DNA from: Camelus ferus
Taxonomy: Eukaryota
Assembly (NCBI RefSeq): GCF_009834535.1
Contig: NC_045697.1
Span: 95,730,001 to 95,794,000 of the forward strand
Length of the DNA: 64,000 nucleotides
Reading direction: 5' to 3'
Shown here: one piece after another, positions 38,590 to 52,044 of the stretch
Layout: each line of letters begins with the position of its first letter
Position numbering within the stretch: the stretch's first letter is position 1
Notes under the pieces: generated by a model
Told to the model about the DNA's origin: nothing
The model's input: only the letters and a program-made list of their open reading frames with translations
The model's database searches: none
Position numbers and translations under genes: made by a program

Positions 38590-38875
38590 TTACACTTGGT
38601 ACATCGATAAATCACTCAAACATAATATGGAGTAAAATAAGACAAAATATGTGAATTTTTATGATTCCATTTATGTGAAGTTTTAGAAAATGCAAGGCAA
38701 AAAATAAGTATGGTGCTTAGTTCAGGATAATGGTTGCCCTCAGAGGTGGTAAGGACTGCAAGGGGCAGCAGAAGCTTTCTTGGTTGAGTGACAGTCTATA
38801 TGTTGATCTGGGTACTGGTTATACAGCTGCTTACACGTGTAAAACCCTGTATGTAAATCATACCTCAATTAAGAG
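38590..38875 (+). mobile_element. L1ME 3' end
   Basis: tatgattccatttatgtgaagtt...tcaggataatggttgccct...ttgatctgggtactggttatacag...tatgtaaatcatacctcaat. Confidence 0.7.
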
Positions 38876-38889
38876 ACAGAGAGACCCAT

Positions 38890-39280
38890 TCTGCTTGTAC
38901 AAATCCATCTTCTCACTCTTTTCCTCTTTCCCAAAGCCTAACTTCTTCAAAGTGTCACCTATGTGCTCACTTTTCTCCCTTTCCATTCCCTCTTCAGCCC
39001 CCTCCGCAATTTGGTTTCAGCTCTCATCAAAGGGCTCTAACGAGATCATCAAAGTTTTGTTCCCAAAGTCGAGGGACTCTTTTCAGACTTCATCTTTCCA
39101 GGCCTAGAGAGATTGTCTCTGCTTTTGTTGAGTACTCTCTCCCCATTGAAATTTTATTTCCCTTTGCTACTTCTATAAGAGTGGTTAAGGATAGTGAACG
39201 TCTCATTACAATGTTGAGATGAAATAAGCTTGTAAGATCTCTATACAGAGCCTGGAACTTAGGAAAAGCTGAGATAGATA
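38890..39280 (+). mobile_element. L2 fragment followed by a MIR 3' half
   Basis: tcttcaaagtgtcacctatg...gcaatttggtttc; then gagatgaaataagcttgtaagatctctatacagagcctggaacttagga. Confidence 0.5.
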
Positions 39281-40267
39281 AATAGAAAGATAGATATAAA
39301 ACGTAAGGAAATGTCCATATATATACAATGCAAGGAAAAATAAATATATGGAGATGGACTCTGCTTGTTAAAACTATGAATTCTGAAAATATCAAGTGTT
39401 AGTGAGTTGAGAAGAAATAGATGCATTTTCTAATCTTGTGAATAGAACTTCATATGAGTATGAGAAACGTTAACTTATTTCCAATATAGTCAAGGATTGT
39501 ATACGTTTCCTGTAGTCTCATTACTAGGTATACATGTTTAAGGAACATCTGCACAGACAAACTAGAATCCATATCCAAAATGTTTATCGTGATGTTGCAT
39601 ATAACAGCACCAAATGAGAACAAAATAAGTCCCTAAAATAGAGGAGGGATAAATAAGTAATATATTAAAATACTGACATACAACACAGGAATGAAAATGA
39701 ACACACTACAAAAAAATGTTTTCAAGTTGGGTTATTCTGAAAACATAGGTTAAGTTAAAGTGTCAAGTCCTTGAAAAAATGCACTGAATTCATAGTTTAA
39801 TTAATGCATTTTTTCAAGCTGATCTTCTAACATGTAGTAAGTAGTTCTTTTACATAATTTTAAATATGATTATAATAAAGTCACAAATTATGTTTCCCTT
39901 TCTTTTGTTTTCCATGGTACAGTGTATTATTTTATTTTTCATGAATTGTGAGACTGCACATATGTTAAGAAAATAAAAGAATAGACCTTGTCCAAATACA
40001 TATTTAGCATAGAATAGGCAGACATAAATCTAATTCATTAAGCTACACTATAATTTTAATAGCGTGGCACTGCAGCATAAAGATTCAAATACAGATTTAT
40101 ATATCACGCTGCAGTCGCTTCCTTCTCCTATCTTTCTTCTTTGTTCCTCCTAAAGGGGCATGAACTTTTGGCCCAAATAATCTAAGCCTGAATGCAAGAA
40201 TGTGCCACTTCTTCCTAAAAGGCACAAACAAACGGGGTGTCAAATCCATAGGATTAATATTCTAGAA

Positions 40268-40576
40268 TAAATTTCAGCAAACTACAGCCTGCAGGTGAAA
40301 TCTGGCCGATGACCACTTTTTGTACTTTTTGTACTGTCTGTGAGTTAAGAATTTCTTTAATGGTTGAAAAAAATCAGAATAATATTTGGTGACATGAAAA
40401 TGATATGAAATTCAAATTTCTCTGTCCACAAATAAAGTTTTACTGGAACATAGCACGCTCATTCATTTACATCCTGTCTACGGCAAAGCTAAGTAGCTAT
40501 GACAATTGAATAGCTCCCACTACAGTCTAAAATATTTGCTACTTGATCCTTTACAGAAAAAGATTGCTAATTGCTA
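40268..40576. mobile_element. hAT-Charlie MITE MER58B
   Basis: tcagcaaactacagcctgcaggtgaaatctggcc...aaataaagttttactggaacatagc...cctttacagaaaaagattgc. Confidence 0.9.
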
Positions 40577-40769
40577 CCCAAGAATATACTATGGTAATAT
40601 CTATCCAATTTTTTTTTATTGAATGGCATATCTAATTTCAAATTTTTTTCTGTAAATCCATTTTACAGGGATGATCTGTTATTACTCAGTGAAATTGACT
40701 TTTTTTTTTCAGATTCTAGTTTCTTGAAGTTTTATAAAGCACATTCTTATATTTTAGGAAACATTTCTT

Positions 40770-41015
40770 AGTGATATTCATAGGTATTTCATGAAAATTA
40801 GCATTTCCCAGTAGTGTAAGTTTGGAAAACTTAGGGTTAAACTGGGTCACAGAAGTTTTCACTGTAGAATGTTTCCTTGCTTTTGATATGCCCATCTGTT
40901 TTGCAGATTTGCAGTGCAGGATACTGTACATAGAATTGGTAAATTTATTTAACCACAAAGTCTTGTTTATGAGTTGTATTCTGTGGAATCTGCCTGAGAA
41001 ACAACTATATTGGAC
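40770..41015. mobile_element. Old hAT-Charlie MITE (MER112-like)
   Basis: taagtttggaaaacttagggttaaa...ttcactgtagaa...aaatttatttaaccacaaag. Confidence 0.55.
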
Positions 41016-42037
41016 GTAAAAAATTTATGTAAAGTAAAAGCCTTTGAGGGTTTAGTCTTTTTTTTTTCCTTCAGTAAAGTTCAAAATAGCATATAGTCGA
41101 GTAATAAAATCCTGAAATTATTATAAATATCACTGTGGTTTTGATTATCCCAATTTTGGACAGTACCAGTTCCGATTATTTACCTTTCATTTGCTATAAT
41201 TTAATAATTCATTTTCAAAACATATTTATTAATTAAATATGTGTAATATATTAATATGATGTAGTAGAATTTTTCATTGTTAAGAAAATTCACTTAACAA
41301 AAATAAACCGGTCTACAAAATTTTGATTTACGTAAAATCACATGATTTGCTGTTAAATTCTCCCAGAATATATTCTAGGTAAGGTTGAACAGAATATGAT
41401 GTCTTCATTGTTTAAATGTTTAGCCTGTCATCCTTGAATAGCTGAACATTAGACATTTGCCTTCTCACCCTTCATAACAAAAATGCCTTTAACACCATAT
41501 CCTTTTCTTTAAAAAGTAAATCTTCTACCATCTTAATATGTTTTTTTCCCTTTTTTATGCAGTTGTTTTGTTTGGCAGAAAATGAGCTCACATTTTCCTC
41601 TGCTGAAGAAAGTAATCTGTGAATCATATACAGTTTGAGAAAAGTCTCACCTTATTCAAAAGATAAATCATATGATATTGTTATGCCAAATGAATAAGAA
41701 AGCACGGATTAAGAATAGATTAGGTGACTGCATTATAAAAATATCAAAGTAAACTGATCTAAAGGGTGCACTATGAATGGACTGAAATTCAAAGATTTCA
41801 CTACCTAAGCCTATGGAAATCTAATGACCAAATGCTGATATTCTATTACAGACTTTCAGAAGACTGAGAATTAATACGAGCCCTATTTTAGAAAGTTTAT
41901 TATTTTTATTACCCTCATTACATATAGAATAATATGCTCAGTGAAATAACTTTTACTACTAAGATTTATTTTAAAAACTTCTTGCCTTATCTATTATTTG
42001 ATTAATAAAAATTATTGCACTTTTTATACTTAAATAT

Positions 42038-42228
42038 TGCACTAGTTTCCTAGGCTGCAGTGACAAAGTACCAAATAATGGGTGGCTTAGAACAAGAGAA
42101 ATATATTGTCTCACAGATCTGGAGGCCAGAGATCAAAGTCAGGTCATCAGTAGGACCATGCTCCCTGAGAAGGCACGAGAGAGGACATTTTCCAGGCCCC
42201 TCTCCCAGCTTTTGGTGGTTCCTTGGCT
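42038..42228 (-). mobile_element. MaLR LTR 3' half (MLT1C/D-like)
   Basis: tagtttcctaggctgcagtgacaaagtacc...ggtggcttagaacaa...tctcacagatctggaggccaga...ccagcttttggtggttccttggc. Confidence 0.85.
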
Positions 42229-42231
42229 GAA

Positions 42232-42429
42232 TGGCCTGAGGCGTCCCAATACTGGTGTTGACAGGCTGGTGGGCTGGGCTGGTCCAGGTGCTATAAGCTC
42301 GAGGGAGGATTCCACAATGGTGCTTACCAGCACCAGTGTCCTCCCAGGACAAGGACCTTCCAAAAATGGCTGCCGGAGTGTCTGTGTCCCCAGGGTGAGC
42401 TCCAATTCCTCCTGCCTCTCTGGGAGTCC
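42232..42429 (-). mobile_element. L1 5' UTR fragment (GC-rich, laurasiatherian L1M-type)
   Basis: ggcctgaggcgtccc...gagggaggattccacaatggtgcttaccagcaccagtgtcc...aaaatggctgcc...gtgtccccagggtgagctcca. Confidence 0.7.
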
Positions 42430-44468
42430 ATTTCCTTTATGAGAAAGCAAAATCGTTTCCAGCCGCTCCAGTATAATGCCTGTTAAGTCTCATTGCCAGG
42501 ATCTAGCAAAGGGGCCACAGACGATTTGGAGTGACTAGAAACCATGAGCCATTTCCTGCTTTTGAGCACACTGATCTCTCAAAACACAATTACATTTCTG
42601 CTAGTAAGAACGTATAACGTCTCTGTTGGGCCAGCAACTCAGAGTATCTACCTTACCAACTGTCCCAATGGCAATCTGATGGTGTATGATGAAACTGGTG
42701 AGCCTTTCTTTTGCTTCTTATACCTCCAAATTACTCACAAGTGCTTTTTAGGAAAGAACACAAGTGGATATTGAGGGCCTAACAGTGTTATACAGATTTT
42801 CGAATAGACTTCATTTTATCATAGAAATCAATCATCTGGTCTCATTAATTACATATCTTAAGTTATACTTAGCTTTCACAAAAAATGAACATGAATATAA
42901 GGGTGTGAGTTTGCTGTTACTCAAAAGACAGCATTTTTCCCTAAGTACATTGTTCTTATAAGTTGAAATATATTTCTACCTAAAGATGCATTTTAACATG
43001 ACTCCTTTCTTCTAATAGTTAGGAAATACACTTGAAATATATATAATAGAGACAGGAAATATTCTCTTATATATCAAACAAATGTTCTAAACAAAAATAA
43101 TTTCAATGTATCATCTAACAGAGGTCTTGAAACTTTCTACCAGTCTAGTTCACTGCTCTTACTTATGAACAAAAAGAGATAAATTTTGTGCATATTGAAT
43201 ATTTTGTTCTAATAATCCTATATAGAATGAAGTTGTACATTGGTATTTCTGTATACCACACACCTTTTTTTCCCCATTATATTTCTGTAAAATTTTCTGA
43301 GTGATAAAACATATTTATGTTTACTTTTCATCAAGATAGAACTGAAAGAAATAACCTCATGTTCTGCAATGTTAAAAAAAAAAGTCAGATGACTATATGC
43401 TAGGTACCAGCTAGAACTGAATCCCTTCAGAGCAGACAGAAGTAAAAATAAATGGCATTAAAGTTAAACACTATTGTTGAAAAGGGAACTTAATGAAAAC
43501 AGTGAATCAAAAATAAGATGTCTTCAGGGTAGTAAAATGTCTAGGATAACTTAAGGCTTGTAACATTGGCTTATATTATTTCATATATATCAAATAAATG
43601 GCATTGCTTGTTCTTGGGAAAACAGTAACTAATACTTAGAAAAAATAATATTTTTCAACAAAGACATTGTCTAGCTACAATCAAACATAACATATCTAGA
43701 TGGTTCAGCAATTCAATAAAATTGATTGTAAATAAGTTGAAGCAACAGACAGAATAATTCACAACTAGAAATAATCTTCACAAAGCATTGCTTCAAACAT
43801 AAATATGACAAAGTACAATAAAATATTTACTTAAAATTTTAACTGCAAAAAATCACAAAGTTGAAGTGAACTATCTTATGAAATGTGAAGTGTCACAATA
43901 CTTCCATAATTTTTTTTCCATTTAGTGCAGTATTCTATTTAAACAGCTGAAGCGAACATCACTATTCAAGTCAAAAGAAATGTGTAACTTCGAAACACTG
44001 AGGGAATTTTACCTCCAGATATAAGACGTATTTTTAATGTTCTTTTGTGTTTTGAGTACAGACATGCACGATATTTGAGGGGAATTTTAATCATAGAGAC
44101 ATCCAATCAATCACTTTAAATTCTTTAAAATTTAAATATATTTAAATACATATATATATAAGCAGTTTATTGGGTAGTGAAATATCATGAAAATGCCATA
44201 TTCCATAAACCATGCCTTTCTCATGCTAATACCAACCTTTCATTGGCACCATGACCTCTTAATACTTAAATTTCATTATTTTTTGGTTATGTTGTTCATT
44301 TTAAACCAGCCCTGTCTAGTTTCAAATTCTAATCTCAAATCTGTCTCCGAGTTTACTTAGTCCGGTTTCCACAGCACAGCCATATCTGGAACGGAGGACA
44401 TACACACTCCATCCAGATGAAAGGCAGTACACAAAGAGCCTCTTACATTCACGCGTAGTCACACATAC

Positions 44469-44579
44469 CTTGCTGAGGGGAGCGGCTTCCTCATCTCATC
44501 TGCAGCGTTGTCAGTGTCCATCTGTGATGCTTGTTGCCTCTCTGGATGCTGTGGGTTCCTTGTGGGAGGGCACATGTCA
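44469..44579 (-). other. Candidate internal exon, 111 nt, one open frame (DMCPPTRNPQHPERQQASQMDTDNAADEMRKPLPSA); host gene not recognised
   Basis: Minus strand: branch-like ctcac, ttttctccaacctag| acceptor, aag|gtatgt donor; length is a multiple of 3; GC-richer than flanks; no repeat similarity seen. Confidence 0.45.
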
Positions 44580-44717
44580 CTAGGTTGGAGAAAATTATCT
44601 GTGAGGTGCAGTTATAACTACATTTGTCCCCTACTCCTCCCTCAAAATGTTTTTAATAGGGGAATTTTTTACCTGATACATGGTAATAAATTGGGCAGTT
44701 CAATGATGAAGCAGTTT

Positions 44718-44725
44718 CATCATCA

Positions 44726-44794
<69 letters not shown>
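44718..44794 (+). repeat. (CAT)4(TAT)~21 microsatellite
   Basis: Read directly; explains the poly-H/poly-Y tail of ORF 44508..44795. Confidence 0.97.
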
Positions 44795-44796
<2 letters not shown>

Positions 44797-47304
44797 CATT
44801 CTGATGTAATAAATATACTCTGTTCTCTTCAAGTCACTAAAACAAAACTACTTTGTGCCATTGTTTTTGAGCCTGACATGAGGAGGCCAGGATGGGCAGT
44901 TGGCGGTATGGTGGATAAAGACGTAGGGGGAGGGCAGGGCATGGAATCTGGCTCTAATTTTTCTGGAAGCTCTCTGACTCCTCTTTTTAAGGTGTGAGAA
45001 TTAAGAGCCCTTGTCCTTTGACTTGTGCCTTAGCTGCAATTTCAGCGCAAGTGGGTAAATCTTACTATCCCTCACATGTAAATGAGTTACATTTTCTGAG
45101 CTGAGGTGGCAAAAGGAACTAAAATCTATTTTCTTTTCTTCTGGTTTCTCTGACTCACTATTCTTTTTCATCAGTATCTTATTCAAAAAAACTGTTAATG
45201 GAACTTCTCTCAGACTCAAAAGTCAAGTAAACTTAAAATTCTTGTCTGCCATTCCACAGTCACACCCCAAATTTTGGAAAAGGGATTTGCCTACATTCTC
45301 TTTTTTTAAGAATTTGCCTTGAAATTCTCCATGATAAATTTTTATATATAGAATTATATGACTATCAGGAAGCACTAATCATCTTTATTCCGTATCTTTT
45401 CATAACTACTTAAAATATGAAAATTCAAAATAAAGTTATAAAATAATTGTACAAGAATCTAAGTCAAAATTCAAACACAAAAATAAGGTCTGTCAGAGGT
45501 TATAAGAACACCATTATTTGTTTTAATTACTGTTTTCAAATGTTATATTCCAATAAGCAAAAAATATTTATTAATTTCTGAACATTATTTTTAATCTTTG
45601 CTGTGTATTTATAATGCTGCTGGGAAAATCTGAGCTTAGTGCCCATAAAATAATGCTACTTTAAAATTCTAAATGTTATATAAACCAGCAAAACTGTTAA
45701 AAATATCTTCACATTCTATTCACCCATTTCATTTTTATTACTATCAGTAAATATAAATGTATTGTCTAGCAACAAATCTGATAAAAACAGATGATGTAAT
45801 AAAATATATTTATATTGACTATCTGCCCATCAGATTTCACTGCTCTATAAATCTGTAAATAAAAATCTGTTGAGTATTAGAGCATCTTCCTTTGTGGCAG
45901 TTATTTTTATCACAACTTCTATTAAATTTTACCAAGTACTTGATGCACATAAATATTAATATGAATTTTACTTCCACTTTTTAAAGATTCTTGCAGTAAA
46001 TTAGATTGAGTTATACAGACTCCTCAAGTCATTTATTTTTACAGCATTTAATATGGATAGATAGTGAGGTAAGACATACTCTTTGTAGAACAATTGTGGT
46101 TGAGAAGTATTATTAAAATAAAATAAAATAAAATAAAATGGATTTTTAAAATATAACACACATGATATTGCACATAATATAGCCCTGAGCTAAAAAGAGA
46201 TGGAGAGGGCATCCTGAAGACAGAAATCAGAAAATATCATGGTAGCCATAATTCTGTACATTCTTACATATATAGGAAGAAGAAGAAGGACTTCTGATCC
46301 TAACTGTGCTTTCAGTTTGGAAGTTGCACTTACTGTCTTGGAGGAAATATAAAACAAGTTCAGAGAGAATGAATAACCCTATTAGAGATCAGGGCCAGAG
46401 ACACTCAGCATGAAAAAAAAAAAAAACCCACCACTTTACTGCTGCAATATAGCAATATAACTGGTGGTGAGGGAGAAATGTATTTTGAAGAGCATGTGAG
46501 AGGAGAGTCAAATCAGTTTTAAAACGATATTGATGAAGATGTCTTGGTTGAAGTGTTCTTTGAGGAATTATAAGTGCATAGACAGAATTTTTCACTCATA
46601 ACTCTAAATATCCTGTTTCAAAGTAATAACAATTTTGTTTGAATCATTTGAAGTGAGGAAGAAAGGTGGAAAACATGGAAAAAAACACTTGCTTGGGTTG
46701 TGGTGAGGAGGGGGACTCAAAGTCTGAGCAAGAAGAAATGGAGTCAGAGTGAAGATGGGGTTCAGCATGGAGTCCTGGTGCTGTGCAGGGACCTTGGGAA
46801 TTCCAGGAATATGGGCTGCCAGGGGCAAGCAGCCAATCGGTCTTTGAATATCCACTCAAGATTCTGCTTAGCAGCCCTGCTCAGTAACCATTCCCACAGC
46901 CTCCTATTAATGATGAAGAACTTGGACACATTGTGTGCAAAGATGGGCATGGAAGCAAGAGTTCGCCTCTAATCCAGGTGCTTCAGGATTGTGTGGAAAC
47001 AAAACTGGCAATTGGCCCCAAATCAACATACTCATCACACTTAGAAGTCAGAACACAAAACAAACAAAGTTACACCCTGAGACAAACTAAAAAAATTAGA
47101 TCACTCCATGTAGGTCTAGTCTTGCTAAAAATATAAAACTCTGAAGATTTCCCAGAAGTTTTTGATTCTTAAACAGTCACTTTATTTCTGATTTTCATAA
47201 TGTTAAATTTTGTTTTTTCATCATAAGCAGAATAATTATAATCTCAGTAAACTTGGAAGTCTGTGGTTTCTTTATTTAAATAAGTTGAATGTCTGTATGA
47301 GGGT

Positions 47305-47338
47305 TTGTGTGTGTGTGTGTGTGAGTGTGTGTGTGTGT
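47305..47338 (+). repeat. (TG)n microsatellite
   Basis: Read directly. Confidence 0.95.
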
Positions 47339-47347
47339 TTGCATGGT

Positions 47348-47867
47348 TTTTTTTTTTTTAGTTTTACAGTGGTATAACTGACAAATAAAATAGCAATGTA
47401 TTTAAAGCACAATGTGATGATTTGATCTACATATACAATGTGAAAGGATTCCCCTCATTAAGTTAACATATCCATCACCTCACATATTTACATTTTTTTG
47501 TTTGTCTGTGTTGGTGAGAACATTTAAGTTCTACTCTTAGCAAATTTCAATCATACAATACAGAGTTATCAACCATAATCACTATATTATCCATTAGATC
47601 TTCAGACCTTATTCATTTTACAGCTGGAAGTTAGTATCCTATTGTCAACTGCTCCCTATTTCTCCCTCTCCCCAACCCTTGGTTTATTTCACTTAGCATA
47701 GTATTCTCTAGTTTTATCCATGTTCTTGCAAATATCAAGACTTCCTACTGTTTTAAAGCTGAATAATATTCCACTGTATGCATATACCACAATTTCTTTT
47801 TCCATTCATCTGTCCACAGACACTTAGGTTGTTCCCATATCTTGGCCATAGCAAATAATGCCGCACA
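47348..47867 (-). mobile_element. L1MA8/9-type 3' end with an internal deletion near 47680
   Basis: Poly-T, then ggtataactgacaaataaaa...ccatcacctcacata...ggtgagaacatttaag...ttatttcacttagcata...gacacttaggttgttcccatatcttggc. Confidence 0.85.
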
Positions 47868-49219
47868 ATATACCTATTTCTTGATGTACTGTTCTTTCTG
47901 ACGTCTAACTTCACCGCAACTCTTTTACAAGTCAATGTCTTATTTTATTATTAAAATGGTTTTCTAAATTAGTTGTCAATCTCCTAATAGTCTAGACAGC
48001 AATGAATTAAGAACCACTTTCCTGCTGTCATTTCACCATAGTATAAGGTCCAGAGTGGCTTGAATATGTGTTGAGGAAGGAATCTGGGTCACAGAAAAAG
48101 AATCTTAGATCTTAGCCTGAAATGGGATTCTAGTTTCTTACAAACCCTAATCTGGTGGCCAACACAGCTGCATAAGGGCCCCTAAAAGTGAGAGAAATAC
48201 GCTATTAAAAATCCAGTTTTTCTTCACCTCTTAATAATAAATCTCATGACTAAATTTTCATAAAATGGTATATCCCAAATAATTTTTGTTTTGTGTGATG
48301 AAAACTTTGCATAGTTCTACTTTCACTATATTGGTGTGACAAGGATTAAAAAATTTATATATCCATTCTTCATGGTATTTAGTACCTAATAATAGTCACT
48401 CCCTTACATACTATCCTCCTAAAAGAATTTAAAGTTACTGATTCCAAGTTTTTGTTGAACATTTAATATTTAGACAGAAATTAACATTTTCTTTCTTTCA
48501 CATTACCAAATTTGACCAGGAAGAGTATTTTTCAAAATAGGTTGTAACAAATAGCAAGTTATAGAATTGGAGAATTGAATTTTGACCAACATTTAAAAAA
48601 ATAAGTTAGAATGTAAAAGAATAAATGAGCTTGAAAATGATTAATTTAGACTAAAGTGGATTTGATTAAAAAACAAAGAAGATAGTCTTTAAATATAAGA
48701 GTAAATATAGGTTCACTACTTTTCATTTCGGTTTATATATGTATGTATGCATACACACATACACGCAAACACACATACATACATACAAACATAGTGTGTG
48801 CAGGTGGGTGTGCTTATGTAAGTATAGAGGCAACATAAAATGCTTTCTTTACCAGGGGTTGCATTATATTTAAAAAAAAGTTTGAAAATCATTTATCAAG
48901 ACCAATAGATTTATCTTCAACTCAAGACAGAAAAAAATCTATGACATGTTGACAGCTATCTGGTAATCGACCTCAAAGCTAATTTACAAGAGATCAATAT
49001 GAACCAATAATAACTATAGTAAGTTTTTTGTTTTTGGGTTTTTTTTAAGGAAGAAATAGGCAGAAAGACAAATTAAAAAACCAGGAAAATGAGAAGAAAA
49101 CAATTTGTGATCTTGATTCTTTTTGTGTGGGAAATTGGCATGGATTCTTCAAATATAAAAGTAAATCATCTACAAGTTTATCTAAGTTTATCTATGTTCC
49201 CTTTAAATTTCTCACACTT

Positions 49220-49995
49220 TGTACAATGAAGGTAGGCTCTATCCTGAAAACATCTCTGCATGTCTCTGAAGCATATATAAGGAAGGTAGTTTATTCCTAG
49301 GTTCATGGCCTGTCTAACCTCTTGCACTACATAGGATCAGTTATATGTCACCCCGGGGAGCAACTCAAGGGTCACTAACCCATACCTATACTATCTATAT
49401 AAAACAAGTACACCTGTTTAAGGCAAGGATGCAAGGAAGCCCTCTCCCACTTCTAATTTAAAAAAAAATCCCTCTCCAGGCAAACCTGCAGAGAATTGAG
49501 ACTATACCTTCCAGCTGTGTTTACAAGACAGGAACCAGAGAATTTAGACAGAAGAAATCAGTATAAGCTGATTAAACTTCAAAATTGGGACAAAATTCTC
49601 TCTAAAGCTCATATCATCTCATTGTAATAATAATCTCTTCCCCTGCTCACACCATATTTGTTCAATCCTCTTCCAACCCAGACACCAAAGGGCCACACAA
49701 GGGCAGAAGGGATGCCTGAACTGCATTCTGGGAAATTGCCACCCATTTCCATGAACCAGGATGATAAAAGACCCTGCCCACTATAACCTCCATCACCCTT
49801 TTCTATAAAAAGCTTGTCTCTCTGGCCATTGGGGGAAAAAATAATAAAAATAAATAAAAGCCTGTATTGCTTGCATCAAATTCAGTTTTGTTATTTGTGG
49901 GAACTTGAGCAGGAAACCTGACTGGGAAAGAACTCTCTGCAAAGCCAGGAGGGCTTGGGTTCAGCTAGGGGGATCTCTCATCTGATTCAGTAGCA
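49220..49995 (+). mobile_element. Old ERV-type solo LTR (MER110/MER90-like, family uncertain)
   Basis: tg...ca termini; TATA ctataaaa near 49803; aataaaagcct near 49853 followed by a U5-like GC-richer tail. Confidence 0.55.
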
Positions 49996-52044
49996 TATAC
50001 TCTATTCTTATTCAAAAGTAAATAAATACTGTCCATTTTGCTTATAAAAATAAAGCATTGGATGTTTATGTTTTATTTCATATCAGTTGACATGGAGTTC
50101 TCTGGCATTTGATTTTAAAAAATATACTTTTGCAAGAAATCTTTAACCATGTCAAATCTCAGGCTTTTTTTAAATCTGTGTAATGGGGGTAATGATTTCT
50201 GACCAGTCCACTATGCAGAATTTTTCAGAATCTCTTGAGATTTTGTAGACAAAAAGTAGCATGTTATATACAAGTATAAAGTATATACTTTCCACTGTTA
50301 TATAAGCAGTATAAAATGAATGCGTTCTTGGTCATATTTTTAATTTTGTAGTTTGTATAGTATCCCTCTTGCACCTGTTTCCCCTTATCAATAAGTCAAA
50401 AGATTGAATGAAAAAAACTGAATTAAATTGTACCATGCTTCTGGGATTTAAAAAAAAAGGAGAACCATTTACAGCTAATGGAGGCTCTTGAAATGGAGCT
50501 GAGTTGAGGAAGAGTCCCATAACTGTTCTTTTATATGACTATGTGAGGTTTGTTACTTCATAAACAATGTTGTCAAAGCCCAGGTGATGGGAAAATGAGC
50601 ATGTGTTCCCCATGTACAATTAATTTTGGGGGGAGTGGTGCAGTTGTTTGTTTTTCTCAAGAAAAGTTAATTTGCATACCTTAGGGAGATGTGCTTGCCT
50701 CTTAAGGGAAGAACTAAGAAATAAAATACCTTCAATGAGCTGAAAGAAAAAAAAAGGCGGGGGGGGGGGACAAAGAAAATCCATTAACAGTGAAAGAGAC
50801 GGAAGTGATCTTTGAGTACCCACTTTTGCCTTAACTGTGGAACAATAATTACCGTCTCCATCATGCCCAAGTGACTGAGCAGATAATTAGAAGAGGTTTT
50901 CTGCAGCTTCTGCCCAACACGTGGGAAGCTTAGTTTTTAAGAGACAAAGAGTGACAGAAGGACTAATGGGATTCCTGAGGAGGAAGGGAGGTGGTTGAGG
51001 AAAAGGGGAGAGAAAATAAAGACAGACATTATGTCCATAATGAGAAAGTGTCTCACCCTGTGTGACACCCAGTTCAATTACTGTTGTCCCATTACTGTGC
51101 AGCTATTCTGAAAGCTACCTGGCCCTTCAAAAAAGAACTCCAAATAATTCCCATTGCAGTTATGGAATTTTCTCAGGGAGGGACATAGCAAGATAGACAG
51201 ACCAACAATGAAAGTTGATTGGAGATTAAGGGTAAGGAGCTTGTAGGAAGCAGAGAGCCAGAGTCATCATACACCTGTGCGGTTGGTTTGTGAAAAGAAG
51301 GAACTCAAAACAAGAACAGTGTAAAAACATATTCCTAAATACTCTTTATGGATTAGTGAGAAAATGAAATTATTTACCCCTGATAAAATACTCATGGGTA
51401 TGTTATTATCTTTACATTGTAAAGAATTGTAAAAATGATGTTTCTCAAAGACTAAGAAAATGAGGAGACTATATTCATGTTATTGTACTTAAAACAATGT
51501 CTCTAGGACATTGCCTCAATTGAAAAAGCATCTGCATACAACATTTAATATACTTACTGTAAATAACTATACTAATGTATACAAACAATACATTAATAAG
51601 AATTTACTCACAACACCTCTTCAGTGCTGCTTTTGTAACTATGAACTATCTTCTTAAGAAGTACCAGCTGTATTAAATTTTGGAAAATTGTATATGTAAT
51701 GCATTCTCATATACAATTTAAATAGCTTTCTTAATAATTTAAAATTCTTAATGAGAGTATTATCTTAATAAAAATAATATTACAAACACTTTATAACAGA
51801 GCAAATAACTGAGAAACTATAGAAAGGTTAGAAAAATTCAAAGCCTTGAGAACAGGGGGAAGGTTTTGAGATGTGGAAAACTAGACTCAACTAATATTCT
51901 CCACCCAAACTGTAGAGGAAACCATGAAGGGAAACTATGGAAACTTGACAAACGATGTCTAAGCATTACAAACTGGTGAGCTGGTGTCCAAAGCTGGTTG
52001 GAAGGGCGTGGATGCTTCCAGTAAATTGGCCTAGCTTTGATGAG

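Noticed and set aside
44508..44795. ORF ending in poly-His/poly-Tyr
   Set aside because: Translation of the (CAT)n(TAT)n microsatellite
46801..46838. GAS motif ttccaggaa near a CCAAT box (other GAS motifs at 8870 and 16184)
   Set aside because: TTCNNNGAA is expected many times by chance in 64 kb; no other support
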